Shown: piece after piece, positions 1-13,472 of the stretch | Numbering within the stretch: position 1 is the first letter of the stretch | Layout: every line of letters starts with the position of its first letter | The notes under the pieces: generated by a model | What the model saw: only the letters and a program-made list of their open reading frames with translations | What the model was told of the DNA's origin: nothing | The model's database searches: none | Made by a program: the position numbers and the translations under genes | From: Leucoraja ocellata | Taxonomy: Eukaryota | Assembly (NCBI GenBank): GCA_036785375.1 | Contig: JAWMAR010000049.1 | Coordinates: 7,192,001 to 7,256,000 of the forward strand | Reading direction: 5' to 3' | DNA length: 64,000 bases

Positions 1-496
1 TAAACCAATATTTACCAGTTCAAAGTCGCAATTACATCATTTCATTAAACATTTTCACGATCTATGAAATGTAAAGTAACCTCATTCTAATGAGATCATA
101 AGCTACTTTAAGAAATTCAAAACTGTTAGGATATCAATTAGTGCAATAGACCACAAGGTTGCTTGATGTGAATAATTACAGTGTTTGAAAAAAAGTTATT
201 AAATTTGTTACAATCTCCACAACTTGTAGTTTCGGGGACATCATCATCATCATATTGAATTGAAATCTTTTATCTAGTGCAGCAATGAATACAAAATTAA
301 TCAGCCGGCATTGCACAGTGAATGCACATTTCCAACAATATTTAAGGAGCACCACAGCTTCAAAACCAGGAAAAGCCTCTAGGTCTAATTGTCATCGTGC
401 TGAAAATGACAAACTTCCAAACAAAGCCCGAAGATGGTATTGAGCAAAATCGGGCATTTTAAATGGCAGTTATTTGTTTGTAACGAGAGAAAATCC

Positions 497-2136
497 TTTA
501 TTTAAGCACTTGTCATGCATATTTTAATTTGTTTAAGGGGATATAATTGATTTTAAATACTTTCTTAATGCCAGATCAAACTTTTTAAATGTAAACTCCT
601 CTTTCCATCCAGTCAGTCCAATTAATTTGCAAGATGTTTAGTTTGGTTTAGAGATCCAGCGTGGAAACAGGCCTATCGACTCACCAAGTCCGCGCCGACC
701 TGCTTCACATTAACGCTATCCTACACACAGTAGGGACAATTTTACAATTGCAATGATACCAAGCCAATTAACCTACAAACCTGTACGTCTTTGGAGTGTG
801 GGAGGAAATTGGAGATCCTGGAGAAAAACCCACGCAGGTCACGGGGAGAACGTACAAACTCCGTACAGACAGCACCCCTAGTCAGGATCGAACCTGGGTC
901 TCTGGCGCTGTAAGGCAGCAACTCCTCCGTGCCACCCATATGTTTAATATAGCACTGGTTCTGAAATCAACTAATCTTAAACACAAACAATTGGCACAAT
1001 GCTGTTACACTAGCGACAAAAAAAGGGGGTTTCAACGTAATCAAAACTTTTAAAAACTTACATGAATTTAAAAAAAAGTTGTATACAGCACAACTAAATT
1101 CAAACCAAAAGGGGTCCATTAAATCAGGTCATGAAATACCCTAGTTTTAAACATGGGTCTGGATGACCACACATTTATATAGACATGGTCCTGTTGCTTC
1201 ACTCAACAAATTTTCAAAAACTGAAATTAAAATAAAATTACTATGTCTAAAGTGCAATGTGGAAGTTCTTTTGTTAACAAAAAGTAAACTATTTTATACT
1301 GCACTTTTACTAAATTACATCAAAAATATTAACAAATTCTTAGTCCCATTTTAGTCACCTGCAAAGATTAGAGCTTTTGTAACTTTACCGAAAATACTCA
1401 GATGCGTCATTTTAAACCATTAGCAAGCTGTGACTAGAGCTACCCAGCACTACGAATAATGCTGGTTTAAATACCTTTGTGGTACATTGTCGGCCTTTTA
1501 AAAGAAAAACAAGCATGTACACAGATAAGGCCTACGCCTACAGGACCCAAACATTTTTACATGGAAAGCCACTATTTAACATGTGATAAATTACTACTGT
1601 ACGGAAAGAAAAATCGGACTTGCAACACTCACACTGCCATTCAACCAAGATGTACATTTTTTTGACCCCACGTAAAAAAGCACCAAGACCCAGGACACCT
1701 GTTAACCACTTTCTGTGCAATACAAAACACTTGAATAGGATTAAAATAAAACGGCAAATTCCTCTGTAACAGAAGGCACTTTCAATCACAATTTAACACA
1801 ATTTGCATTATTGGGAGAAGGAAAAGAAAGAGGAATGCTTAAAATTACAAATGCCACTTAGTGTATTTGTTTAAATTCAGATCTCCGAAGGAATGTGCAC
1901 TACAGTTAAAGCTTGCTCTTTGTTGGTCTCTGTTATATCTGTGCAGGAGGGAGATAAACCAACACTCAGGGCCCCACAGAAGTATTCCATTTTAAAAAAT
2001 TGGTTCTCAATGACTTTGATTTCCATAATATCATATACACCTCTCTCTCTCTCTCTCTCTCTCAAAAAAAAAAAGACTGCCAAATAGACATAATGAAAGC
2101 AGGCTCTCCAGGTGTTAGGCTTGCAGATCATACACA
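497..2136 (-). other. VKORC1L1: Probable VKORC1L1 3' UTR with a candidate AATAAA at 497-502
   Basis: AT-rich, mostly unique sequence after the stop codon; TTTATT on + at 497-502. The true 3' end cannot be determined and may lie beyond the window edge. Confidence 0.45.
637..938 (-). mobile_element. HE1-like tRNA-derived V-SINE in the putative 3' UTR
   Basis: tRNA-like head with B box GGTTCGATCC, V-domain (GGAGTTTGTACGTTCTCCCCGTG...TTCCTCCCACACTCCAAAGAC), CR1-type tail ending (TAAAC)n. Confidence 0.9.
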
Positions 2137-2363
2137 TTATTCCTGTTTGGATTGGAGTTGCTGTTTCCAGGCCTCATTCAAGTAAACGAGTCGTTTATAG
2201 TTGATAATAAAGAGAATGATGTTCAGGACATATGTAGTAATGCAAATTATGCAAAAGTCCTTCAGCACAAAATACAGGATGTAACTTAGATACAGTGCGC
2301 CCACCACAGACACTATGGAGGTCGTCATTAGTATTAAAGCAGCCATTGCACTCACGGTCATAC
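2137..2363 (-). CDS. VKORC1L1: VKORC1L1 coding exon 3 (227 nt including TAA; [12 protein letters not shown]...[13 protein letters not shown]...[13 protein letters not shown])
   Basis: ORF 2137..2361 plus 2 nt after acceptor CCGCAG|GT. Catalytic CIIC (C138/C141) and the L1-type C-terminus [12 protein letters not shown]. 191+110+227 = 528 nt = 175 aa plus stop. Confidence 0.98.
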
Positions 2364-2544
2364 CTGCGGGAAAGAAAATAAAATGTTACTTCATGAACAA
2401 AAGTCATTCTTTGCTGTACAAAACAAACAGTTGTAAACATTTACAGAAGTAAATGTCGCTGCATTTAGCAAAACCATGATAAATATTCTGCTGTACACAC
2501 AAATGATAGTGGGTATATTGAATGAGTTGCCAGAAAAGGCTATT

Positions 2545-2928
2545 CTTATAGAAACTTACAACATTCTTAAGGGGTTGGACAGGCTAGATGCAGGAAGATT
2601 GTTCCCGATGTTGGGGAAGTCCGGAACAAGGGGTCACAGTTTAAGGATGAGGGGGAAATCTTTTAGGACTGAGATGAGAAAAACATTTTTTACACAGAGT
2701 GGTGAATCTCTGGAATTCTCTGCCACAGAATGTAGTTGAGGCCAGTTCATTGGCTATATTTAAGAGGGAGTTAGATGTGGCCCTTGTGGCTAAAGGGATC
2801 AGGGGGTATGGAGAGAAGGCAGGTACAGGATACTGAGTTGGATGATCAGCCATGATCATATTGAATGACGATGCAGGTTCGAAGGGCCGAATGGCCTACT
2901 CCTGCACCTATTTTCTATGTTTCTATGT
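2545..2928 (+). mobile_element. Young CR1 (HER1-like) LINE 3' fragment nested in an older CR1 3' end (about 2500-3098)
   Basis: ETYNILKGLDRLDAGRLFPMLGKSGTRGHSLRMRG ORF2 C-terminus; 3' tail TTTCTATGTTTCTATG. Confidence 0.9.
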
Positions 2929-5010
2929 TATTCAGGCAGATACTATCACGTTGAAAAAACATTTGGACAGGTACATGGATAGGACAGGTTTAAAAGCATA
3001 TGAGCCAAATGCAGGCAAGTGGGACAAGTGTAGATGGGACATGTTGGTCGACGTGGGCAAGTTGGGCCGAAGGGCCTCTTTCCACGCTGTATGACTGTCA
3101 CGTCCAGAGGGTCTGTTGAGCCATTTAGTTTTTTATGGCAGAGAACAAGAACAGTTTGGCAACGACTCTACTCAAAACGACAAGGATGTGTAGAGAATTG
3201 TGGATGTAGCCTAATCCATCACACAAACCCCTTCCCCCCCACCCCCCTCCCTGCCCCCCACACTATAAAGTCCATCTAAACTTCACGCTGCCTCGGGAAA
3301 GCAGTCATCATAACCATTTACACCGCAGTCAGTCCCTCTTTTCTCTCCTCTTCCATTGGGTAGAAGATAGCAATGTATCATCAGATTCAGGAATGGCTTC
3401 TTCCCCTCTGTTATCAGATTACTGAACAGCCGTCCCATAAGCTGGGGTGCAGTCCCAATCTTCCAATCTACTCCAATGCGCGGGCCTTGCACTTTTTCTT
3501 CGTAACTAATGTTATAATGCTGCCACACAATTTTCAGCAATCTATTTTTTTTCTCTTTACACGACCTGTTGTACTTGTGTGTGGTTTGATGGAATAATGT
3601 GATGTGATGGGATAGCAAGAAACAAGGCTTTTCATTGTATCTTGGTATAGGTGACAATAATAAAGCAATACTAAAACTCAGTAGAAGCAACAAATATTAT
3701 TCCCGCACCATTTACGTTGTCTTAACAACCTGGCCGAGTATTTTTTGAACACCTATCCCAAGGCCATGGACACATACAACATCTTGTAGATTATGAATGC
3801 AATACAACACTTCATTTTGCACCATACAGAAAATGTGATCTTTACTGCTTTGCAAATCCACATGCAAATATGCAGTTCACATGGATTGCTGCGTTTGACT
3901 CTAGACAAATTATATTTGAATAGATATTTATGTCTGTGCTCAGGAACGTTCAATGGGTCCAAGCCCCAAGTTTAAAATGGCCATGTTGTCTGTCCAGTCC
4001 CCCCTGCCTCGCTGTTGGGCATTCCCATCTACTCCAGCCATACAATTCTTCCTGAAACATTGATCTTCCAAGTCTGATTTGTTATGCATCTTCTCCTGCA
4101 ATGGTTCAATGCCACTTTATTGTCACATGTACCTAGGTGCAGTGAAATTATTTGTTTGCATACAATTAATTAACAATCTTACTCTACATTAGACACAATC
4201 AAACTTAACGGACAAGAGTGTAAGATGGTGGATTACACCAAGAGTCGCACATTTCTGGCCCCATCTTCTACCCTCTACCTTTACCAAGTATATTAAGGGC
4301 AGAAGAATGTCTTTGTATTATCCTTTATCTTATCTTCCAGCTTTCTTACAACCCCCTTTTGCCCTCCTGCTTTCCCTTTCCCTCTTCTATACTCTTCACG
4401 ATTCCAGCTGCCCACTCCTGACATATGCTTTTTTCTCTTGACCAGAGCCTCAGCATCTCTTGAGGGTCAGTGTTTCCTACTCGCACCAGCCTAGCCTTTG
4501 CTCTTCACTAACAGGAACAGGCCCGGCCCCGAACTCTCACAATCTCACTTTTAAAAGCCTCCCACTTCCCAGATATACCTACAAACGGCCTCCCCCATAT
4601 CAATTCCCCGCCAATCCCTGCCCTTTGAATGTTCCTGAAAAAGGACAGGGCTCGTCTCGAGCAATTTCCCATAACTAGTTAATGGTCATCGGTTCCAAAG
4701 TGCTCTCCCACGTCACTCACCTGACCTGCCTTGTTTCCCAAGAGGTCAAATTTTGCTCCATTTCCAGCAGGACCATTTGCCGATTAATTGAGTAAATTCA
4801 CACTTAACAAATTTCACCTCATCTAAGCCCTTAGCATTATGATCTAAAACTAAAATGTACCATTTTAGACACATGGGAGTACATGTACAAATATTCCAGT
4901 AAACGGTCCATGAAACAGAATGATTTTACTCTTATTGAATTTAATCCCAAAAATGGTTAGTTTACAATATATTCCGTCACTCCATCACAGTTTTAACCTA
5001 TCAAGCCCTT

Positions 5011-5336
5011 AGAAACATAGAAACATAGAAATTAGGTGCAGGAGTAGGCCATTCGTCCCTTCGAGCCTGCACCGCCATTCAATATGTTCATGGCTGATCA
5101 TCCAACTCAGTATCCCGTACCTGCCTTCTCTCCATACCCCCTGATCCCCTTAGCCACAAGGGCCACATCTAACTCCCTCTTAAATATAGCCAATGAACTG
5201 GCCTCAACTACCCTCTGTGGCAGAGAGTTCCAGAGATTCACCACTCTGTGTGAAAAAAGTTCTTCTCATCTCGGTTTTAAAGGATTTCCCCTTTATCCTT
5301 AAGCTGTGACCCCTTGTCCTGGACTTCCCTAACATC
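5011..5336 (-). mobile_element. Young CR1 3' fragment running into an assembly gap
   Basis: (AGAAACAT)n tail and the same 3' UTR as 2545-2928, reversed; MLGKSRTRGHSLRIKG. Confidence 0.9.
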
Positions 5337-5536
5337 NNNNNNNNNNNNNNNNNNNNNNNNNNNNNNNNNNNNNNNNNNNNNNNNNNNNNNNNNNNNNNNN
5401 NNNNNNNNNNNNNNNNNNNNNNNNNNNNNNNNNNNNNNNNNNNNNNNNNNNNNNNNNNNNNNNNNNNNNNNNNNNNNNNNNNNNNNNNNNNNNNNNNNNN
5501 NNNNNNNNNNNNNNNNNNNNNNNNNNNNNNNNNNNN
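5337..5536. other. Assembly gap (200 N)
   Basis: Run of N. Confidence 1.
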
Positions 5537-6825
5537 TTGGAAATTAATTTCCATTCATGACATTCCCAAACTGAAGCAGAATGTTGCAATAGGATTCTGA
5601 GCTTTAAGCTTTCAACGCAGTAGCAAAACTGGTTAATGAGATCAATGAACCATGACAGAGCACAATTCCAAAGTAGTTCACTGGCCACTAGATTCCTCAG
5701 TTTGCTCCACGTTAAAGCCTGACTTTTTAAACAGAGCCAATGTTTAATTTGGGTCAAGCGCAGTGTTTTACTATCACAAAGCAGGATTTACTCAGTCCAG
5801 TGGCATTTGGATTCTTTTCCTGGAATAAAAAAGGACACAGAGATAACAAACCCTATTTAAGGCCATTCCTTGCACTGGTTTTTCCTTGCCCTTCTACCCG
5901 TTTCGACCAGCTATACAATTCACAACTTTTGGCAACTCCCTATCCATGTCTCACAGCTGTTCTTTCTCTGGCCTTCGTCCAACAACCTGTCCATCTAAAA
6001 CCCCCCCTTGCCTGTGTCTACCTATTACCGGCCATGCTCTGTCCTGCCCCTCCTCTTTTCCGGCTCTCTTCCCCTCTCTCCCCCCCCCCCCCCCCCCCCC
6101 CGTCTCACTCAGTCCGAAGATGGGCCTCAACCTGAAATGTCACCTATCCATGTTCTCCATTTTCTGTCTTTCCTTGAATTTTGTTTTCTCTGTAAGATAC
6201 CGAGGGGAACGTGAATGCGAAACAAGCATAAATCAAACATGAGGGAAGGAGATTGAATCTTTTCACATAATCTACAGTGTCAGTATTCAGATACCTAACG
6301 TGGAGCCGAGTGAACCTACAGCCGTCTTCCACCCCCATCTTCATGGTGACAAAATATAATTACTGATCAGAAGAATGCTGCATCTTGAAAGTAGATCATC
6401 TTACCAATGGCATTTAACGGGCAAAAATAGGAAGACTGAGACATTAAGAGCTGGGCTCAGTAAATTCATAAAGTGCATAACGACGATCAATTTGTTGATC
6501 AGTGGGAATAAAAACACTTTTTCCACATTTCAAATAATCCGGATATAAATTAATTTAAAATTAGTATTTGGAACGATAAAAAACAAAATGTGGAAAACCT
6601 GGCTGACCTCACTGAGATGGATAAACACCCAGTCACCATGGCAACATTCTTAAGTAGGTTAAGGACTGATGAAGATCAGCTCTGCACAAACTTTATAATT
6701 CAACAAATTAAGCCTTCACTGAAGTTGTATGTTAGACAGAAGGGCCTGTTTCCACACTGTGTGACTCTATGAAGCTGAGATCACCAAATGGGAATCATAT
6801 TAACTTAGATGTAAGCTGTACTCAC

Positions 6826-6935
6826 CCAACAACATTTGTAGCACATAGAAACTAAGTCCATATATACTGTTTGGCTGATTCAAAGCACTCTCTTTTCCAA
6901 AAATGATCCCAACTAGTCCAAATCCTCTTCCCCAC
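6826..6935 (-). CDS. VKORC1L1: VKORC1L1 coding exon 2 (110 nt; [37 protein letters not shown])
   Basis: Translated by hand; the ORF track does not show this frame. Acceptor TTGCAG|G, donor G|GTGAGT. Carries the VKOR motifs WGRGFG and LNQPNS. Phases join exons 1 and 3 in frame. Confidence 0.97.
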
Positions 6936-7901
6936 CTGCAACAAATAATAATTAGTTAAATGACACAGTAGGTACATAACTATTAGTAACACATGGACAA
7001 CGCCACACACACACACATGAAAAATAATGAAAAAAAGATAGAACAAAAACTCTGGAAATTCTGACATTTGAACAAGTAGAATTGGTAAAAATGATCTTGA
7101 ACCACAATCCCAGGTAACTATTTTTTTTCCATCTCTAGAAGCAATAGTTCAATGTTCATCTGTTAGCTAAAGGAAGGTTTAATTTCCTGAACTAACAAAA
7201 GGAGGCTTTCCCCCCCCAAAAAAAGCACCACAAAATTAGCAACATAAACAGCTGTAACAGGAAGCACTGAGTTGGAGAAAGGATATTGGCTCAATGTGCA
7301 CTAAAGCTCACAGGGCTAGGATGCAATTGGAAAAATATTTTCCATCCAGGAGACATTTCCAATTAGAGATAAGAGACTGCAGGTGCCAAAATCTGGAGTA
7401 ACAATCAATCTGGACCAGAGGAAATCAGCAGATCTAGCAGCATGCATAGGTTGGGTAGTTGAGGAATTATCAGTGGTACATTGGGATTGAGAGTGGTGCA
7501 ACAGGAGCCACTGCTGGACAAGAGAGACCCAGCCTTTTTGTGTCTGTCTTTGGTGAAGGATAACAGTTGGATGAAGTCACATTTGGGGAAGGGAGGAGAG
7601 GGAGAGAGAGGGGGGGGGAGAAGGAGAGAGGGGGGGGGGGGGGGGAGAGGAGGAGGGGGGGGGGGGGGGATTATGAGATTCAGGTCGATGAATGTTAGGA
7701 GGAGGCAAACTAAAAAAAAAATCTTCAATTCTCTTTCGAGACAGCGCTGAATCAGTTTTCTCCATTCTTTAAGCTATGCATTGCAGACATAAACTGGAAT
7801 GTAAAAATAATTTCCATCTTCCCTCAGATACTTGCGCGTATTAATTTAAATGTGTTCACTGTGGTTTAACTTAGATTAACTCAGTTGTATATTGTACTTG
7901 C

Positions 7902-8004
7902 CCAACAACATTTGCAGCAGGAAAAAGCTGAGTCCATATACTGTTAAACTAATTCAAAGCACTCTTTGTTCCCAAAATGAGGTCAGGTAGTAACAGCAAA
8001 TCCG
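7902..8004 (-). pseudogene. Degenerate duplicate (pseudo-exon) of VKORC1L1 exon 2
   Basis: About 80% identical to 6826-6906 over about 80 nt (...KSALN*FNSI-fs-GLSFFLLQMLLG). In-frame TAG and a 2-nt deletion. Shares the intronic 10-mer TAACTTAGAT (6801 and 7867). Confidence 0.85.
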
Positions 8005-8231
8005 CTGTAGCTCGAATATTTTCCACACTTAAGTCATAATTAAACAGCAGAGAACTAGGTCCGTTTGCCCACCAATTTAGCGCCAGCCATCGTTACCATG
8101 ATCATGTTTTCCCTCTCTCACTATCAATCACTATTCCTCCTCCCCCACCTCTGTTTTCCTGTCATTCACCTACACTAAGAGGCAATTTACAGTAGCAAAT
8201 TAGCTTTACTCATTGGCACAAAGGAGGAAAC

Positions 8232-8580
8232 TGCAGATAAAGTGGATGTGGAAAGGATGTTTCCACTGGTGGGAGAGTCTAGGATCAGAGGTCATAGCCT
8301 CAGAATTAAAGGGCACTCTTAGAAATGAGGTGAGGAGGAACTTCTTTAGTCAGAGGGTGGTTCATCTGTGGAACTCATTGCCACAGAGGGCTGTAGAGGC
8401 CGAGTCAGCGGATATTTTTTAAGGCAGGGATAGACAAATTCTTGATTAGAACATGTATCAAAGATTAAGGGGAGAAGGCAAGGAAAATGGGATTAGGAGG
8501 CAGAGATCAGCTATGATTGAATGGCGGAGTAGACTTGATCGGACGAATGGCCCAATTCTACTCCTATAACTTGTGAACTG
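8232..8580 (+). mobile_element. CR1 LINE 3' fragment
   Basis: VRRNFFSQRVVHLWNSLPQRAVEA plus CR1 3' UTR. Confidence 0.85.
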
Positions 8581-8965
8581 CAGAACCTATACAGTTGTAG
8601 GCTGTTCATTTAACCTCCAATTTAGTTTAGTTGAGTGATGCAGCAGGCAAACAGGTCCTTTGACCCAGCCAACCATCAATTACTCGTTCACACAGTTCTC
8701 TGTTATCCCACTTCCACTACCTACACACTAGGGGCAATTTACAGAGGCCAATTAACCTACAAACCCGCACATCTTTGGAATGTAGGTGGAAACCAGAGCA
8801 CCTGGAGGAAACCCATGTGGTCCCAGGGAGAGTGCACAATCTCCACGCAGACAGCACCCTGATTGAATCTGGGTCTCTGACACAGTCAACGCAAGCATTG
8901 CCACTTTCATTTCACTGTACATTTTGTATGTGTATGTGACAAATAAAATGGACTCGACTTGAATT

Positions 8966-9240
8966 GGGGCAGCACGGTGGCGCTGAGGTAAAGTTGCTGC
9001 CACACAGTGCCAGAGACACGGGTTTGATTCTGACTATGGGTGCTGTCAATACAGAGTTTTTACATTCTCCCCGTGACAGCGTGGGTTTTGTCCGGGGGCT
9101 CCGGTTTCCTCCCACACGCCAAAGACCTATAGGTTTGTAAATGTAAACAGTCTCTAGTGTGTAGGATAGTGCTAGTGTATGGGGTGATCACTGGTTGGCG
9201 CAGACTCGGTGGGCTGAAGGGCCTGTTTCAGCACTGTGTT
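8966..9240 (+). mobile_element. HE1-like V-SINE (a degenerate minus-strand copy lies at about 8620-8885)
   Basis: GGGGCAGCACGGTGGCGC head, V-domain, GGGCTGAAGGGCCTGTTTC tail. Confidence 0.85.
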
Positions 9241-9483
9241 GATCCCAAATCTAATCATATTTTTTGGTTTCCTTTGCACCATCTTTATTTCTTTACCGGA
9301 CAGTGGATTTATTTCTTTTTTTACTCATAACCTCACGCACTTCTTCACTCCATTCCGTCAGAAACACAATTAAGGCACGAGACTCATTTTGAAACCATCA
9401 AGATGAAATAACATTTGTGTATTTTTCAGAGGGATCAAAGTTTTTTTTTTATTTTTTTATTTTTATTTTTAAAGGCATGGTAA

Positions 9484-9640
9484 AGGACCTGTCCCACACG
9501 CGGTTTTTTTCGGCGACTTGCCGGCACCCGTCATAGTCGCAGCAGGTTGCCGAAAATTTTCAACATGTTGAAAATTCAGCGGCAACCAAAAAAAGGTACA
9601 GCTGTTTGGGCGACTACTCACCACCAAACAAGCGTCACCC
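9484..9640. mobile_element. Truncated PIF/Harbinger-type MITE related to the 13.5 kb and 24.1 kb elements
   Basis: TAA followed by TIR-like AGGACCTGTCCCAC; shares the internal palindrome ATTTTCAACATGTTGAAAAT and TTTGGGCGACT/ACTCAC motifs; no right TIR seen. Confidence 0.65.
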
Positions 9641-9879
9641 CAGGAGAGGGAGAAATGCATCTAACGAGAAATGTTTGGTCATTTCACACAGGAGCAACTA
9701 TCCCCCGTCAATACTACTGAGTGCCGCTCGTTTACAGAAGTTGCACACAGCCTAGCTTATGGCACAATGCATTAAAAGGTTTAGTTAGAAGCAACGAACG
9801 TGAAAGGTACCACCCGTGCTTGCCACAAATAACCAGTACTGTTGACAATGTAGACTACTGTACACTGATCCTGTACACT

Positions 9880-10253
9880 GTACCTCCATCCGCTCAGTCT
9901 GTCTTAACCTACCTGATCTCCCGGTGGCTCAACACTTCAAATCCCAATCTGTCCTGGGCCTCCTCCAACGTGAGGCCCAGTGCAAACTGAAGGAACAGCA
10001 CCTCATACTTTGCTTGGGTAGTTTACACCCCAGTGGTATGAACATCGACTTCCCTAACTTCAGATTGCCTTTGCTTTCTCTCTCCTTCCCCATTCTCCCA
10101 CTAGTCTTACTGTCTACAACTACATTCGATATTTGTCCCACCCCCTCCCCTGGCATCAGTCTGAGGAATGATCTCAACCCGAAACGCCGCCCATTCCTTC
10201 TCTCCCGAGATGCTGCCTGACCCGCTGAGTTACTCCAGCATTTTGTGTCTACC
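9880..10253 (+). mobile_element. Penelope-like element 3' fragment (GIY-YIG endonuclease C-terminus plus pseudo-LTR)
   Basis: PDLPVAQHF...EAQCKLKEQHLILCLGSLHPSGMNIDF matches the PLE C-terminal E..L..L.T..PxGLN pattern. Followed by a degenerate CTGA.GA..GAAAC motif. Flanked by the 18-bp direct repeat ACTGTRCACTGATCCTGT (9857 and 10254). Confidence 0.8.
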
Positions 10254-10873
10254 ACTGTGCACTGATCCTGTCTCAATGGCGTTACAGAATTTCTGATATT
10301 CTCTACAACTCTATAAACACCAAGGCTGGCAGTTACCCTGCATTACAGAAAAGTAAAATTAATAATTAATCTAGCACCATGGGCAGAGTTAACACAGCAC
10401 CATGCAGAACTGAATCACATCCACCCTTTCCCCAGTGGGACAGGCAATTAGCGGTACTTAAGCCGCTGCAAAGACACTTCTTAATACTAATCATTATCCC
10501 AACCAAGAGAGAATTCAATTTTAAACACATCAGAAATAAGATGGCGAACAATCAGAGGAGCAGAACAGAATGCTGTTGGCTTCAAATTAATCTTCCAATA
10601 GTATCTATATTTATGCGTCTGACCCGAAACGTCACACATACTTTTTCTGATCACAATCTCATCAATTTAGTCAATCACAAAGTGCTGGAGTAACTCAGCG
10701 GATCAGGCAGCTGAGTAATGTTTCAGGTATGGTGGTAGTTCTGGAACTGGAATGTTCGCCCCCTTATCTACAGCTCCAGTGCTGACGCACCCAAACATCA
10801 CTCTGCTTTAACGCTCAAGAGCTGTGACACAAACACATATTTCCAGGTGTAGCGGTGGCGCAGCGGTAGAGTT

Positions 10874-11640
10874 CAGGTTCAGATTCAACTTTAATTGTCA
10901 TTGTCAGTTTACAGTATAGAGACAACGAAATGCAGTTAGCATCTCCCTGGAAGAGCAACATAGAATATGATTTCAATAAATAAATCTATTTACATGTATA
11001 CAGACATAGTTTTTTTCCTGTGGGAGGAGTGTCCGGGGGGGGGGGGGGGGGGGGGTTGATTGGCAGTCACCGAGGTACATTGTTGAGTAGTGTGACAGCC
11101 GCAGGGAAGAAGCTGTTCCTGGACCTGCTGGTCCGGCAATGGAGAGACCTGTAGCGGCTCCCGGATGGTAGGAGGGTAAACAGTCCATGGTTCGGGTGAG
11201 AGCAGTCCTTGGCGATGCTGAGCGCCCTCCGCAGACAACGCTTGCTTTAGACAGACTCAATGGAGGGGAGCGAGGAATCGGTGATGCGTTGGGCAATTTT
11301 CACCACCCTCTGCAGTGCTTTCCGGTCGGAGACAGAGCAGTTGCCATACCATACTGTGATACAGTTGGTAAGGATGCTCTCGATGGTGCAGCGGTAGAAG
11401 TTCACCAGGATCTGAGGAGACAGATGGACCTTCTTCAGTCTCCTCAGGAAGAAGAGACGCTGGTGAGCCTTCTTGACCAGAGTTGAGGTATTGTGGGTCC
11501 AAGAGAGGTCATCGGAGATGTTGACCCCCAGGAACCTGAAGCTGGAAACACGTTCCACCTCCGCCCCGTTGATGTGGATGGGGGTGTGCGTGCCGCCCCT
11601 AGACTTCCTGAAGTCTACAATGAGTTCCTTGGTCTTCTGC
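10874..11640 (-). mobile_element. Rex1/Babar-like LINE 3' fragment (RT C-terminal, DUF1891-like region) inserted in a V-SINE
   Basis: ORF 11247..11558 ERVSSFRFLGVNISDDLSWTHNTSTLVKKAHQRLFFLRRLKK. TSD AGAGTT (10868 and 11642) splits a + strand SINE (about 10850-11948). Confidence 0.85.
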
Positions 11641-13472
11641 CAGAGTTGCTGCCTTCACAGCACCAGAGACCCAGGTTCGATCCTGACCACGGGTGCTGTC
11701 TGGACGGAGTGTGTACGTTCTCCCTGTGACCTGCGTGGATTTCCCCCGGGATCTCTGGTTTCCTTCCAAACTCCAAAGACGTACAGGTTTGTAGGTTAAA
11801 TAGCTTCAGTAAAATTATAAATTGTCTCCCTAGTGGTTGTAAGATAGTGTTAGTATGTGGGGATCTCTGGTCGGCGCGGACTTGGTGGGGGGGGGAGGGG
11901 GGGGGGGGGGGGAAAGGGCCTGTTACCGCGCAGTATCTCTAAACTAATCAAGTGATTAGAATACTTTCTTCAGGAAGGGCAATCCAGAATTTAAAAAGCT
12001 GTCTTCATGGGGTGAGCTTTGCCATCAGGAATGAAATAATCTGGAATCTCACCAGTTCCCCGTGGGATAAGTAATGTCGCAGTGCACTCACTCATACCCG
12101 GCAGCCGGCAATAATCATCAGTGCATATGCTGTCTTCCTGGAACTGTACATAATTTCTACTCTCACCTTATTAAACAAAAATAACCCTCGAGTCAAACAA
12201 TTGGCAAGGAGGGTGTAGTCAACGGAAATTCCAACAGAGCCCGTCTGCTGAAAAGATGCTCAGTGCAAACAACCACGTTTTGCCAGAAAGAAAAAGCAGG
12301 AAACTTCATTGCAACACCACGAGTGCAGTTCCTGGCACCACCGTTACCGTCTATAAATCGAGGAGACGACTGGAAGAATGACCACATCGCCAACATCATG
12401 GGGTTAGGAGGGAGAGATAGATCAGCCATGATTGAATGGCGGAGTAAACTTGATGAGCTGAATGGCCTAATTTTCCTATTCCTTATGACATGACCGCTGC
12501 TAACGATTCTCTGGAGATCACTTAATCTTGGTAATCTTTGTTAATCGTGCCTCAAAACAATGAAACTTTGCTGTCGTGTCTCGTGGGCCCTGCAGATACC
12601 TCTTCTGACATCAATTCATAGGCAGCCAGATCTCCCCACACAACAGGAGCCACATAGTGTCTACAACATGTCATTTGTTCTGTGGTCCACCATAATTAGT
12701 ACCTGTGAAAAGACTCTGAGCTTTATGCCAGAAATCTCCCAAACTGGTTTGATGAGAATTACCTGGAGATAATTAACTATGAACACAGGACATTTTTAGA
12801 TTGGAAATTCCACCAGATCTCAGGAGGGAAAAAAATATCTAAACAGGCACCATGGTCCGAGAGAAAGTCCATGACCGACAGAATATCAAACGGACAGGCC
12901 AACTAGCAATTCACTGATAATCTGCCCATGTTCTGGTTGCTCATTGCTCCCAAGGCTATCTTTAACTCAAATATTCAACAGTCCAACGCATTAAGAACCT
13001 CTGAATATTTGAGTTGAACCTGTCAAGCACCACTAATCATTATTATTGCCTGATGGAAAGTGCACTTCAAGAATTAAAGACCTCACAGAAACACAATGTC
13101 AATGGCGATAAAAGATCACCTGCTACTTACTAAAAAGATTTATTTTACTCTAATTATCCTTCTTAAATATTACCACTGTTCTTCTTTCCTCTGCCAACCC
13201 CTTTTCATCACATTCATAGTTTAGGTCAGTTCATAGTTTAGTTGAGTTTAATTTAGAGATACTTTGTGGAAAACAGGCACTTCGGATTGCCGAATCCTCT
13301 CCGACCAACGATCACCTGTGAACTAATTCTATGTTATCCCTGTGCGAATCCTACACAGTCGGGGGATTTACAGGAACCACCAAACCTGCGCATCTGTGGA
13401 ATTTGAGAGGAAAGCCGAGCACACGGAGAAAACCCATGTGGTCACAGGGAGAACGTACAGCCAGCAATCTAA

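Noticed and set aside
7585-7670. Long poly-G/C runs (also at 6078, 11035, 11888 and 36087)
   Set aside because: Low-complexity tracts of uncertain assembled length; the poly-Pro/Gly ORFs they create are artefacts.
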